A DNA stretch of 64,000 nucleotides from Lachnospiraceae bacterium. Its GTDB lineage: Bacteria; Bacillota; Clostridia; Lachnospirales; Lachnospiraceae. This document shows, in pieces, positions 17,480 to 27,520 of this stretch. A program made the translations under genes and the position numbers. The notes below the pieces were generated by a model. The model was not told the DNA's origin. It saw only the letters and a list, made by a program, of their open reading frames with translations, and did no database searches. The DNA is taken from the NCBI GenBank assembly GCA_017551165.1, contig JAFZMO010000049.1:8675-72674 (forward strand), read 5' to 3'. Each line of letters opens with the position of its first letter. Position 1 is the first letter of the stretch.

Positions 17480-18109
17480 TCAGTCCGTCGTCAGGAAATA
17501 ATTGCCGTTCGAATCGCGGCAAATGCGGTCATTTGCGATCGCGTTGATGACCTGCGGAAGGATGATCCACTCCGCCTGCTCCATCACGCGGCGCTGCAGC
17601 ACCTCGGGGGTGTCGCCGGGCTGTACCGGGACCGCCTGCTGCATCAGGATCGGGCCGGTGTCCGTTCCCTCGTCGACATAGTGCACCGTCGCGCCGGTCA
17701 CCTTGACGCCGCGCGCGAGCACGTGCTCATGCACCTTGAGTCCGTAATAGCCGTCGCCGCAGAACGAAGGGATCAGCGACGGATGGATGTTGATGATGCG
17801 GCGCTCGTAGCGACGGATCATCTCCGCAGGGATGATCACCAGGAATCCCGCGAGCACGATCAGATCCGGCCGGAAGCTGTCCACCGCCTCCAACAGCGCC
17901 TCCTCAAACTCCGCACGCGTAGCGTACGCCTTGCGCGACACGCACACGCCTCGGATGCCTGCGCGCTCCGCACGCTGCAGGGCAAACGCATCGGGGCGAT
18001 TGCTGATGACGCCGCAGATCTTCACGTTCGTGATCCTTCCGTCGCTCACCGCGTTCAGGATCGCCTGCAGGTTCGTACCGCCGCCGGACACCATGACAAC
18101 TACTCTCAT
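17480..18109 (-). CDS. purN: Phosphoribosylglycinamide formyltransferase
   Basis: 209 aa. MRVVVMVSGGGTNLQAI and IINIHPSLIPSF. Confidence 0.93.
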   Translation of the reverse strand: MRVVVMVSGGGTNLQAILNAVSDGRITNVKICGVISNRPDAFALQRAERAGIRGVCVSRKAYATRAEFEEALLEAVDSFRPDLIVLAGFLVIIPAEMIRRYERRIINIHPSLIPSFCGDGYYGLKVHEHVLARGVKVTGATVHYVDEGTDTGPILMQQAVPVQPGDTPEVLQRRVMEQAEWIILPQVINAIANDRICRDSNGNYFLTTD

Positions 18110-18125
18110 AAAGTACCTCCCTTAC

Positions 18126-18176
18126 AACGAAAACACGCCCGAAGGCGCAGACCGTCAAGCCTGCGCTCCCGGGCGT
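18126..18176 (-). terminator. Intra-operon hairpin with U-tract between purM and purN (possible partial terminator or attenuator)
   Basis: In minus sense, ACGCCCG..GCGCAG-loop-CTGCGC..CGGGCGT (18135-18176) is followed by GTTTTCGTTG. The stem is interrupted by a 3x3 internal loop. Confidence 0.35.
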
Positions 18177-18184
18177 TACATTTC

Positions 18185-19210
18185 TTAAAGAATTGTGATA
18201 CCGCGCTGTCCGTTGCTGATCTCGCCGACAACGTATGCGGTCTCACCGGCCTCCTTGAGAAGTCGGATCGCTTCGTCCGCCTTCGTGCTGTCGACCGCGA
18301 GCATCATACCGATACCCATATTGTAGGTGTTGTACATCATATGCTCCTCGATGTTGCCCGTCTTCGCCAACAGGTCGAAGATCGCGGGAACCTCGTAGCT
18401 GTTCTTGCGGATCATCGCGTGCTTGTCCTCGGGAAGCATTCTCGGAATGTTCTCGTAGAAACCGCCGCCGGTGATGTGGCTGCAGGCCTTCACCTTGACG
18501 CCGCCGTCCTTGAGCGCGCGAAGTGCGCGGACGTAGATCTTCGTCGGTACCAGAAGTGCCTCGCCGAGCGTACAGCCGAGCGAATCGTTGTAGCGCGCGA
18601 GCGTCGCGTCTCGCATATCAAACACCTTGCGAACAAGGGAATAACCGTTGCTGTGGATACCCGAGGATGCGATACCGATGATCGTGTCACCCTCCTGCAC
18701 CGTGCTGCCGTCCACGATCTCATCGCGGTCGACGATACCTACGGCGAAACCGGCAAGATCGTACTCATCCACCGGATAGAAGCCCGGCATCTCCGCCGTC
18801 TCACCGCCGATCAGTGCGCAGCCCGCCTGCTTGCAGCCGTCCGCAACACCCTTGACGATCGTTGCGATCTTCTCGGGATAGTTCTTGCCGCATGCGACGT
18901 AATCGAGGAAGAACAAAGGCTCTCCGCCGGCGCACGCGATATCGTTTACGCACATGGCCACACAGTCGATACCGATCGTATCATGCTTGTCCATCAAAAA
19001 TGCGATCTTCAGCTTAGTTCCGACACCGTCGGTTCCCGAAACGAGCGTGGGATGCTTCATTCCCATGAAACGGTCAAGGGAAAATGCTCCCGAAAAACCG
19101 CCGAGTCCTCCGAGCACCTCGGGACGCATCGTCTCCTTCACGTGCTTCTTCATCAGTTCCACGGCGCGGTATCCGGCCTCAATGTCCACTCCGGCATTCT
19201 TGTAATCCAT
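18185..19210 (-). CDS. purM: Phosphoribosylformylglycinamidine cyclo-ligase (AIR synthetase)
   Basis: 341 aa. [26 protein letters not shown] and GGETAEMPG. Confidence 0.95.
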   Translation of the reverse strand: MDYKNAGVDIEAGYRAVELMKKHVKETMRPEVLGGLGGFSGAFSLDRFMGMKHPTLVSGTDGVGTKLKIAFLMDKHDTIGIDCVAMCVNDIACAGGEPLFFLDYVACGKNYPEKIATIVKGVADGCKQAGCALIGGETAEMPGFYPVDEYDLAGFAVGIVDRDEIVDGSTVQEGDTIIGIASSGIHSNGYSLVRKVFDMRDATLARYNDSLGCTLGEALLVPTKIYVRALRALKDGGVKVKACSHITGGGFYENIPRMLPEDKHAMIRKNSYEVPAIFDLLAKTGNIEEHMMYNTYNMGIGMMLAVDSTKADEAIRLLKEAGETAYVVGEISNGQRGITIL

Positions 19211-19366
19211 ATATGCTTTGCCTCCTGTTTATGCGCTCGGCCGGGCGGCCGGCGTTGCGGGATGCGTGTGCTCCCGTCTGCGGTTTCATTCTATCACAGT
19301 TTCCCGCAGGTTGCACCCGTCAAATGCGAGTTTTTGCGATGTTTTCTTTTATTGAAACGATAAGCA

Positions 19367-19879
19367 TTACTTATTGTCTGCGTAGTTCTTATAACCTACG
19401 CTTTCCAAGCGTTCCTTCTTCGCCATCACACCGCTCTTGAGCTCCGCCTTGTACGCGATGATCTTGTCCAAAAGCTCCTTGTCGTGCGTCGCGATGATCT
19501 TGGCCGCAAGGATACCTGCGTTTGCGCCGCCGTCGATGGCTACCGTCGCAACCGGGATGCCCGAGGGCATCTGGACGATCGAGTACAGCGAGTCAACGCC
19601 GCCGAGCGCCTTCGTGTGGATCGGAACGCCGATGACCGGCAACGGGAAGATCGCAGCGCACATACCCGGAAGGTGTGCCGCTCCGCCGGCTCCCGCAATG
19701 ATCACCTCAAAGCCCTTCTCGACTGCGGTGTTCGCATAATCGAAAAATACATCGGGCATGCGATGTGCCGAGATGATGGTCATCTCGTACTCGATGCCGA
19801 ACTTCTCAAGGATCGCCGCCGCTTTCTCCATGATCGGCAGATCCGAATCGCTTCCCATAACAATACCGACTTTAGCCAT
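19367..19879 (-). CDS. purE: N5-carboxyaminoimidazole ribonucleotide mutase
   Basis: MAKVGIVMGSDSDLPIM..ISAHRMP..AGGAAHLPG. Track start 19924 was trimmed to ATG 19879, which follows a GGAGGA RBS. Confidence 0.93.
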   Translation of the reverse strand: MAKVGIVMGSDSDLPIMEKAAAILEKFGIEYEMTIISAHRMPDVFFDYANTAVEKGFEVIIAGAGGAAHLPGMCAAIFPLPVIGVPIHTKALGGVDSLYSIVQMPSGIPVATVAIDGGANAGILAAKIIATHDKELLDKIIAYKAELKSGVMAKKERLESVGYKNYADNK

Positions 19880-19907
19880 AGTATCCTCCATCTGTCCCAT
19901 CGGACAA

Positions 19908-22010
19908 TTATTGTTCTTTCTCAAGCTCCTCGAGCGGAATGTTCAGCTCCTCCGTCCCCGGCACGACAAACCGTCCGTCGCGGATGATCGCCCCGATCAC
20001 GGAACCGTCCGCCGCATGCACCAGGATCTCCCCGAGCTCATTGTACGGGATCGTGATATCCGTGTGCGTGTTCGTGTACGCCTTCGCGGGATCGGTGTTC
20101 CGAAGCGCCGAAACCTCGTTCTCACGAGCGATGATCTCCTTCCCGTTCGGGTTGTAGAGCGCGTGCTCCTCCATGCGGCTGTAGCACGTGTCCCCCACCG
20201 CAAAATGGGGTCCCGTCTTCTCCGCGATCAGGATCGGCAGCTTCTCCTGCACGTCATAGCGGATGCCCATTGCATACGCCACGGTGTTCGTTCCGATCGC
20301 GAACTCGCCGATCGGCAGCGTCTCCAGATCCCTGAGCAGGACGTCCTTGAGGAACGCCTTATTTTCCGCCTCTGTCGGAAAATTCTCACAGCAGTATTCG
20401 GTGATCATTCCATCCTGAAAGCGGATGCGCAGGTTCTTGTAGGTGGTGCCGTCGATGCACACCTTCATCACGTGCAGCAGGCCCTCCGTCCCCTTCAGCA
20501 CCGGTGACGTGAACACCTCGCCCACCGGGATGTTGACATCCGCTCCGCAGTTCTCAAAGTTGGTCTGCGTCGCAGGATCCGTGAGCGTGTGGAGCATCAC
20601 CTTCATGTTCGTCTCGTTGTCGCCGCGGCCGGTCACGGTCACGTACGCTCCGAGGTCGAGCACGTCGATCAGCTTCTGCTGGATCTCCTTGTATTTGGCG
20701 TTCGGCAGGTTGTTGCACACGATCGTCTCGCGGAACACCTCCTCAAACCGGTCGCCGATCGAAGGAACCGGGTACGCGATGATCGTGTAGGTGCTTTCCT
20801 CCTCCGGCATGTACTTCTCGTCGAGGTCGCACACACGGGTGCGGAGCTCGTTGAAGAAGTCTCCTCCGCGCCCCTTGGTGACGGGCACGGCACGCTTGTT
20901 CACAAACTTGATATCCGGTACGCCGAACACCTCCTGAGCGGCGATACCCGCATAGGCGGCGCAGGCCTCCTTGTACCTCTCGAGGTTCTCCCTGCGGCTC
21001 TCCATGATCTCCTCGATCATCGGGCGCTGGAACACGAGCAGGTAATTCTTTCGATGGTCGTACGAGTACTGGCGGTTGACCGAAGTGCCGGCCATGCCGC
21101 CCTGCAGGAACGAGCTTGTGTAAACAAGCAGGTTGCATGCCAGGCAGAGATCCGGCTCCAGTCCCTCCTCGCGGAAGAGATCGATCGCTCTCGCCGTCAC
21201 TCTCTCATATCCGAAATATGTGTCGAAAAATACGCTTTTCTTCGGTGCGCGGTCGATGCGCATCGTCTCGAAGCTGTCGATGAATCCGTTCACGAACGTG
21301 CGCGCCATCTCGTCGATCGTCCTCTGCGGCTGCTTTGCGAGGAACCGATGAACGGCGATGACATTTTCCGAGATCGGAAGACCGTAGTCATACAGACAGG
21401 ACTCGTCCTCGGCAGCGCGGCGGACCATCTCCTCGATCGTCTGTCTCGCGGAGGCCCCGTACATCTCGCTCATGCGCAGCTCTGCGTACTCGCGGCAGTA
21501 GTCGTGCGCATAGAAGTACAGACTCTGCTTGATGCCGCGGTCGACCCCGTCCCTCTCGATGTGACCGTAGATCTCCGCGATCAGCTCGCACGCATACAAA
21601 AAAGGCTTCAAAATGCCTCTCATGAGGTACTGCGTGGTCTCCGTCAGCTCTCTTCCGAGCGCGGAGATCACCTGCGCATACATCGCCCCGTACGCGCGCG
21701 TTGCGACGTCCGGGTTGAGAATGGACTTCTCATAAGCGTCGGCTTCGATGCAGCCGAAGATCGCCTTGTTGCAGGCGCATTTTTCATCCTTGCTCATCGC
21801 TGCCCAGGTGCCGTTCGCCACGGCCTTGTACAGCTTCTCCTGCGCGAGTGCGATGTCGGAGAGCTCCTTCAGTCCCGCCGGCGCATCCTTCTTCTTCGAC
21901 GCGCTCTTCATCCAGGACAACACGAGGGAGAGTCTCTCCTTCTCCTCCGCTGTCCAGTTCATCATGGACGGCAGCGGGGAGGTTCCTGTTTTTCTATCTT
22001 TCTTAGTCAT
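19908..22010 (-). CDS. Long-form M29-like aminopeptidase (AmpS/aminopeptidase T-type C-terminal half)
   Basis: 700 aa from ATG 22010 (GGAGAAG RBS; the track starts at TTG 22028). The C-terminal half has GADVNIPVGEVFTSP, EFAIGTN and EKTGPHFAVGDTCY, typical of peptidase M29. I do not recognise the N-terminal ~330 aa. Confidence 0.8.
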   Translation of the reverse strand: MTKKDRKTGTSPLPSMMNWTAEEKERLSLVLSWMKSASKKKDAPAGLKELSDIALAQEKLYKAVANGTWAAMSKDEKCACNKAIFGCIEADAYEKSILNPDVATRAYGAMYAQVISALGRELTETTQYLMRGILKPFLYACELIAEIYGHIERDGVDRGIKQSLYFYAHDYCREYAELRMSEMYGASARQTIEEMVRRAAEDESCLYDYGLPISENVIAVHRFLAKQPQRTIDEMARTFVNGFIDSFETMRIDRAPKKSVFFDTYFGYERVTARAIDLFREEGLEPDLCLACNLLVYTSSFLQGGMAGTSVNRQYSYDHRKNYLLVFQRPMIEEIMESRRENLERYKEACAAYAGIAAQEVFGVPDIKFVNKRAVPVTKGRGGDFFNELRTRVCDLDEKYMPEEESTYTIIAYPVPSIGDRFEEVFRETIVCNNLPNAKYKEIQQKLIDVLDLGAYVTVTGRGDNETNMKVMLHTLTDPATQTNFENCGADVNIPVGEVFTSPVLKGTEGLLHVMKVCIDGTTYKNLRIRFQDGMITEYCCENFPTEAENKAFLKDVLLRDLETLPIGEFAIGTNTVAYAMGIRYDVQEKLPILIAEKTGPHFAVGDTCYSRMEEHALYNPNGKEIIARENEVSALRNTDPAKAYTNTHTDITIPYNELGEILVHAADGSVIGAIIRDGRFVVPGTEELNIPLEELEKEQ

Positions 22011-22038
22011 AATCTTCTCCGTTAACAAACTGAATGCA

Positions 22039-22362
22039 CTACAGTGCGGCCCCCACCAGATACAGCCCGAGCGTGATCACGACGACCGCCAGATTGACGA
22101 CAAGCCCCGCCAGCGCGTAGCCGTCGAAGAACGGTGTCTCCCGTCTCGCCGTCGCCGCGCACATAGTTCCCGTCACGGCCAGAAAGCCGTTCATGATCGC
22201 AAGGCCGCCGAGCTCCGCCTGTGCGTGCCGATGACCGTAAAACAACAGAAAGACGAGAAAAAACACGACAATGACACCCACGCCCAGCGAGACCTTGCCC
22301 ATGATGGAGCGATGGCGTCCCTTGTAGTGAACCGTCTTTTTCTCTGCCTTTGCTCTGTTCAT
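22039..22362 (-). CDS. Small membrane protein, unknown function
   Basis: 107 aa with three hydrophobic helices. Its ATG overlaps the VanZ stop (ATGA), suggesting translational coupling. Confidence 0.5.
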   Translation of the reverse strand: MNRAKAEKKTVHYKGRHRSIMGKVSLGVGVIVVFFLVFLLFYGHRHAQAELGGLAIMNGFLAVTGTMCAATARRETPFFDGYALAGLVVNLAVVVITLGLYLVGAAL

Positions 22363-22832
22363 CGTTTCTTCCTGCTCTTTCGCTTCGGCTTCCCGGCGAG
22401 TTTCCTGCGCACGGGAATGCTGATCAGCACTCCGATCAGGCCTCCGATCGTGTTCAGGAGCACATCATCGATATCGAAACTGCCGACCTTGAACACGTAC
22501 TGTAACACCTCGGCAACCATGCTCGCCACGTACACCGCGGCAACCGCAAACACGCCGTAGGGTTTTCTCGGTGCGAGAAGCGCGACCAAGAGTCCCATCG
22601 GCAAAAACGCTGCGATATTGCCGGCGATGTTCAGCCAGAACAACCCGGTTGCGAGACTTCCCGGTCCCTTGTAAAACCGCTTGATCTCGTTGAGCGGCAC
22701 CAGATTCACGCCGTGCACGTTTCCCTGCGTCCGGCCGAACCGGGCCGAGAAAAACAGCACGTAGATCAGGATGGCCATATATACGCCGAACACGACGCCG
22801 ATCAGTGTCTTCTGTTTCTTTGTCAAATCCAT
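22359..22832 (-). CDS. VanZ-family membrane protein
   Basis: MDLTKKQKTL.. from ATG 22832 (track start 22910 trimmed). VNLVPLNEIKRF, GNIAAFLPMG and DIDDVLLNTIGGLIG match the VanZ pattern. Confidence 0.8.
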   Translation of the reverse strand: MDLTKKQKTLIGVVFGVYMAILIYVLFFSARFGRTQGNVHGVNLVPLNEIKRFYKGPGSLATGLFWLNIAGNIAAFLPMGLLVALLAPRKPYGVFAVAAVYVASMVAEVLQYVFKVGSFDIDDVLLNTIGGLIGVLISIPVRRKLAGKPKRKSRKKR

Positions 22833-22834
22833 GC

Positions 22835-24238
22835 TTACTGACCGCTCTGAATTCCCTTCATGTAATTGATAAATGCGGCTACCGAGCGCGAGTCGATCGC
22901 AAAATCGCACACGCCGTGGCGCTCCACGATATCGTAGCCGTCATCGCTGTGGAAGAACCGAAGCTCCATGCTCTTGTTCTTCTCCTTGTCATACGGCTCC
23001 AGCTTGATCGTCATATACGGTGCAGACGACGGTGTCTCCACCGGACGGTACGCCGTCGCGGTGAGCGCAAGCGCCTGGTTGGACCAGTTGAGCATGGCGT
23101 CCGAACTGATCTCCTTTCCGTTGAACCGGTAGACGTCAGCGTCATTTTCCTTCGTATGCTCGATCACATATGCCTGTCCCTCAACATCGAGTTCGATCTT
23201 CGACAGATGCGTTGCGCTCGGGAAGAACAGCGTACAGTACGTGCATGCGAACACATCCACATCACACATGCCGAGCACCTGAGCCTCCGACATGATCAGC
23301 AAAACGTCCGCGCCCTGCAGCTTCGTATAGTATCCGCCGCTCTCCGTCCTGTCGCCGATCAGAAGCGTGTACGAGGTCTCCTCCGTGCCGGCCTCGTTCG
23401 TGTAGCGGACCGTCAGCTTGGCGCCGGGGTTCGTGAGGCCGTACTTGGCAAACTCCTCCGGCTTCACCGGGTGCATGTCGTCGCAGCCCACGGAGAGATA
23501 CCACTCCATCTGCGTCGTCCATGCCGAGTTGATGGTGTCCGCCTCGCTCGGTGCGCGGTACGGCTCGTAGAACAGCCACTGAAGCAGATATGCGCCCGAG
23601 TAATCGTAAGGGTTGGTCTTGTCGCGCACCGCCCGGAAAGGTGTGAACAGCGTTCCCTCCAGCTTGACCTCCTGGATGTAATTCACCTTGGAGATCGTGG
23701 GAAGCGTCATGCGCGACGCATAGTACGAGCGCTCGCGGAGCATGTAGTTTGCGTAGAAACTCGTGACTGCATAGACGCTCGAGTCACCCTCGAATTTGCA
23801 GTAATACTGATCCTTCGTCGGGATCTTGTCCCCGAGCCGGATGCTGACCACAACGCTGTCTCCCGCGTATGCGGTCAACGTCGCCGAAGGGTCGGCAAGA
23901 CCGTACTCCGCGTCCGCCGCGGGGTTCTCGATCTTGTTGATCGCCTTCAGGTTCGTGAGAAAATCGTGGATCAGGTTCTCAAACACGACGGGATTGGGAA
24001 TATCGTCGTCGTTATACCATTTTTCGCCGTCCTTGACAAACTCACCGCTGTACTGCCTGTTGTTGATCACAAGCTTCGTGACACTGTCCGCGTCAACGGT
24101 CATTACGGTGATCGTCTTCGCCGCATCCGGCTGCTTCGTCGGGTTATCCTTCTTGTCCTTGAGGATGAGGAAAATGACGAGCAACGCCACCGATGCAGCG
24201 ACCAGCACGACGATCGGGATTATACTCTTTCGTTTCAT
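22835..24238 (-). CDS. DUF4340-like membrane-anchored protein (accessory to the GldG-type ABC system)
   Basis: 467 aa with an N-terminal TM anchor. Its start overlaps the GldG-like stop (ATGA). Position and size are typical of DUF4340 partners. Family assignment is from memory of the operon architecture. Confidence 0.7.
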   Translation of the reverse strand: MKRKSIIPIVVLVAASVALLVIFLILKDKKDNPTKQPDAAKTITVMTVDADSVTKLVINNRQYSGEFVKDGEKWYNDDDIPNPVVFENLIHDFLTNLKAINKIENPAADAEYGLADPSATLTAYAGDSVVVSIRLGDKIPTKDQYYCKFEGDSSVYAVTSFYANYMLRERSYYASRMTLPTISKVNYIQEVKLEGTLFTPFRAVRDKTNPYDYSGAYLLQWLFYEPYRAPSEADTINSAWTTQMEWYLSVGCDDMHPVKPEEFAKYGLTNPGAKLTVRYTNEAGTEETSYTLLIGDRTESGGYYTKLQGADVLLIMSEAQVLGMCDVDVFACTYCTLFFPSATHLSKIELDVEGQAYVIEHTKENDADVYRFNGKEISSDAMLNWSNQALALTATAYRPVETPSSAPYMTIKLEPYDKEKNKSMELRFFHSDDGYDIVERHGVCDFAIDSRSVAAFINYMKGIQSGQ

Positions 24239-25674
24239 TGCGTTACCTTTTCAATACGTCTTCGCAGTACGATCACAATGCCGACTACGAGAATCAGTGC
24301 CGGGAACAGGAAGGACAACAGAGCTACGTTGTTCTTCTGGTTCGTCGACATCTGCAGTGCCTCTTCCATCGCGGTGGTGTCCGGGATGGAGAGCGCGGCA
24401 GCTTCCTGCGAAGCGCCGGCCATGCACTCGATCAGAAGCACACGGTTGTCAAACGACGCGCTGCCGGTCAGGTAGGCGTCGGAGAAGAAGTACGTCGACG
24501 CGAACACATACATCGTTCCGGTCTTGCCCTGGAACGTATCCTCCGCCTTCACAAGAAGCGGATAGGATGCTTTCTGGTCGGAGCTGTTCGGCTTCGTGTC
24601 CTCGTTCAGCTGGCGGACGTAACCGCCGTTCGTCGTCGCGCTGAGCGTTGTCAGCACGGTCGTCTTCTTCTGCACGGATGCCTTGCGGAGCGGTACAGCA
24701 CCGGGCCATACCGTGCTGCGCTTGCCGTGGTCGGCAAGGATATAGGAATTGCTGCTGTTGATGTTGCCGATCGTGTGGGCCTCGTCCGACTCGCACACGA
24801 TACCGCCGTCAAACGTCAGTCCGTACTGTCCGAGCAACGACTGCAGGTTGGTGAACGTGTTCGAGCTGATCATCAGCGAGATGAACACCGTTCCGCCGTT
24901 CGTCATATACTCCTCCACGAGCGCAACCTCCTGCGCCGTGAAATCCGACAGCGGAGAACCGATGAAGAGGATGTCGCAATCCTCCGGGATCGCACCCTGC
25001 TTCGTCAGATCGCAGTATTTTACCTTGAACGAGTTGAGAGACATCAGGTCGAGGAACGTTTCCGTAACCTTGCCCTTCTGCTCATCGGTTCCGCCCTGGA
25101 TCCACTCCCATTCTCTGTGGCCCTCGGTCATGTAAACAGTGCCCTTGGCTTCCTGCGTCACCGAGACGATCGCCTTGACGATCTCCAGCTCCGCATCGTA
25201 GCCGTTCAGAACGGGAACCAGATTCTGCATGTCGATGTCATAGATCTTCATCTGCTCGGAATCGATGTACTCATATCGCGTAGGGTCGTCCCGATTGATG
25301 ACGATGATACTGTTGTTGGTGATCTCCGCCATGCCGTTGTACTCATACACGAACTGCGGATACTGGATCGGATCCTTGTAGTGGAGGCTGATGTTGTCGC
25401 TCTCTGCCGCGATCTGCTCGGCACTCTGCTGGATGATCAGCTCCTCCTCGCCCTCCGACAACACATAGTACAGGTCGATCGGCGTCTTCACGGTCTTCAG
25501 GTACTCCTTGGTCGCATCCGCAAGGGAGTACTTGCCGGTCGAGGTCAGATCCTTATACGGGAATATACTTCCGGCCACGAGGTTGACGATGACCAACGCG
25601 ACGATGACCAGGAAGGAAATGGCGGTTGCATAAGCGCCGCCGCGGAATTTGCGGGATTGTATCGTCTTGTTCAT
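24235..25674 (-). CDS. GldG-like ABC-transport auxiliary protein
   Basis: 479 aa with N- and C-terminal TM anchors flanking a large external domain. It lies directly downstream of the ABC-2 permease. Confidence 0.75.
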   Translation of the reverse strand: MNKTIQSRKFRGGAYATAISFLVIVALVIVNLVAGSIFPYKDLTSTGKYSLADATKEYLKTVKTPIDLYYVLSEGEEELIIQQSAEQIAAESDNISLHYKDPIQYPQFVYEYNGMAEITNNSIIVINRDDPTRYEYIDSEQMKIYDIDMQNLVPVLNGYDAELEIVKAIVSVTQEAKGTVYMTEGHREWEWIQGGTDEQKGKVTETFLDLMSLNSFKVKYCDLTKQGAIPEDCDILFIGSPLSDFTAQEVALVEEYMTNGGTVFISLMISSNTFTNLQSLLGQYGLTFDGGIVCESDEAHTIGNINSSNSYILADHGKRSTVWPGAVPLRKASVQKKTTVLTTLSATTNGGYVRQLNEDTKPNSSDQKASYPLLVKAEDTFQGKTGTMYVFASTYFFSDAYLTGSASFDNRVLLIECMAGASQEAAALSIPDTTAMEEALQMSTNQKNNVALLSFLFPALILVVGIVIVLRRRIEKVTQ

Positions 25675-25675
25675 G

Positions 25676-26542
25676 TCACGCCTCCCATCTTCTCTTCTTG
25701 ATCGCCTGGATTGTCAGGAACACGAAGAGAACGCTCAAACTGAGGTAGTACACATAGGAGGACAGACTGCAGATCCCGTACTTGAACAGCTGGAATCTCG
25801 AGGTGATCGACACCCATCCGAACACCTTTGCAAGACTTCCGTCAAAACTCTCCGGATTCCGGAAATACAGGATCAGGAGGCCGCCGACGGTGATGATCGC
25901 CGTCGCGAGCGTGACGATCTTATTTTTCATCATGACGTACGTGATCATCGTCACGATGAGCGCGAGCACGAGAAGTACCGCGATCGCGAGCACATGTCCG
26001 GTCGGGAGCATCTCGACCAGCATGTCGATCATGAGGGTGAACAGGATGACCATGAACGTCAGCACGGCCGCAAACACCTGACTCTCGGTGAGCGCAGAGA
26101 GGAACATGCCGATGGCCATGTAGGTGCATCCCATCAGGAAGAACGCAGCGATCGTCGTGTAGGCAACCGCATAGTTCGTCGCACCGTAGTTATGCAGCAC
26201 CGGCGGATAGATGCAGGTTATCACCACCGCGATGGCAAACACGGTGATCAGCGCAAAATATTTGCCGAGGATGATGCGAACGATGCTCACGGGCGACGTG
26301 AAGATCAGCTGGTCCGTGCGCTGGCGCTTCTCCTCCGCAAGGATCCTCATGGTAAGCATCGGCACGAGCAGCAGGAAGAACGTCGTCGTGCCGTCGATCG
26401 CATACGCGAAGTTCGCGTAGCCGTTGCGCAGGTTGTACACATACTGGAACACACCCACGAACACCAGCAAAAACGCGATGAACAGATATCCGATCAGCGA
26501 GGTAAAGTAGGCTCGCAGCTCTTTCTTGTAGATGGCTAGCAT
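25676..26542 (-). CDS. ABC-2 type transporter permease
   Basis: MLAIYKKELRAYFTSLIGY.. from ATG 26542 (track start 26638 trimmed). Six TM segments. It overlaps the ATPase stop by 7 nt. Confidence 0.85.
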   Translation of the reverse strand: MLAIYKKELRAYFTSLIGYLFIAFLLVFVGVFQYVYNLRNGYANFAYAIDGTTTFFLLLVPMLTMRILAEEKRQRTDQLIFTSPVSIVRIILGKYFALITVFAIAVVITCIYPPVLHNYGATNYAVAYTTIAAFFLMGCTYMAIGMFLSALTESQVFAAVLTFMVILFTLMIDMLVEMLPTGHVLAIAVLLVLALIVTMITYVMMKNKIVTLATAIITVGGLLILYFRNPESFDGSLAKVFGWVSITSRFQLFKYGICSLSSYVYYLSLSVLFVFLTIQAIKKRRWEA

Positions 26543-27486
26543 GTCGAATCCTCCTTCCCCGTCATCTCGATGAACACATCCTCCAGAGTCTTCTGGATCG
26601 CGTTCATCTCGTACAGAACGATGGATGAATTCGCACACATGGCAAACAGACGGTCGCGGTTTTCCTTGTCATCCGCAAAATACACCGCATACGCGAAGAG
26701 TCCCTCGCCGGGATCCTCCTCGAGTGTGTTCCACTGGGAAACGTTGCCGAGCGTTGCAACCGCCTTGCCGAACGTCTCCTGATCCGCATTGACAACGACG
26801 CGCACACCGGTCGTTCCGCCGAGCGTGCGGATGATATTTTCCGGAGTATCGATGACGATCTTCTTGCCGTGGTTGATGATCAGCACGCGGTCGCAGACGG
26901 CGTTCACCTCAAACAAAATGTGGGAGCTCAGGATGATCGTGTGCTCGCGGCCGAGGCTTCGGATGAGCTCACGCATCCACGTGATCTGCATCGGGTCGAG
27001 ACCGACGGTCGGCTCGTCGAGGATCAGTACCTCGGGGTTGCCGACAAGAGCCTGCGCAAGTCCGACACGCTGGCGATAACCCTTACTCAGATGCTTGATC
27101 AGCTTGTTCTGCATGTGCTTTACGTGCAGAAGTTCCATGACGCGCTCGACCTCCGCCTTGCGCTCCTTCTTCGGGACCGACTTGAGCTCGGTACAGAACT
27201 TCAGGTATTCCTTCACGCGCATGTCCGGGTACACCGGCGGGATCTCCGGCAGGTATCCGATGCAGCGCTTTGCCTTCTCGGGATCGTCATAGACGTTGAA
27301 CCCGTTGATGATCACATTGCCCTCGGTCGCCGAGTTGTAGCCGGTGATCATGTTCATGGTCGTCGATTTGCCTGCGCCGTTGGGGCCCAGGAAACCGAGG
27401 ATCTCTCCTTTTTCCACGGTGAAGCTGAGGTCGTCCACGGCGCGGAAATCGCCGTACTGCTTCACCAGATTCTCAACTGTTATCAC
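26536..27486 (-). CDS. ABC transporter ATP-binding protein
   Basis: 316 aa with a GTG start after a GGGAGG RBS. Walker A GPNGAGKST, signature LSKGYRQR and Walker B LILDEPT. Confidence 0.93.
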   Translation of the reverse strand: MITVENLVKQYGDFRAVDDLSFTVEKGEILGFLGPNGAGKSTTMNMITGYNSATEGNVIINGFNVYDDPEKAKRCIGYLPEIPPVYPDMRVKEYLKFCTELKSVPKKERKAEVERVMELLHVKHMQNKLIKHLSKGYRQRVGLAQALVGNPEVLILDEPTVGLDPMQITWMRELIRSLGREHTIILSSHILFEVNAVCDRVLIINHGKKIVIDTPENIIRTLGGTTGVRVVVNADQETFGKAVATLGNVSQWNTLEEDPGEGLFAYAVYFADDKENRDRLFAMCANSSIVLYEMNAIQKTLEDVFIEMTGKEDSTC

Positions 27487-27520
27487 GGTAATCCTCCCTC
27501 GTGAAACGGCCGCCCACGCG

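Noticed and set aside
19211-19366. Purine riboswitch or PurR box in the purE-purM spacer or ahead of purE
   Set aside because: There is no three-way-junction aptamer with the conserved U-rich junctions. The spacer is GC-rich (CGGCCGGGCGGCCGG), and the gap ahead of purE is only 28 nt.
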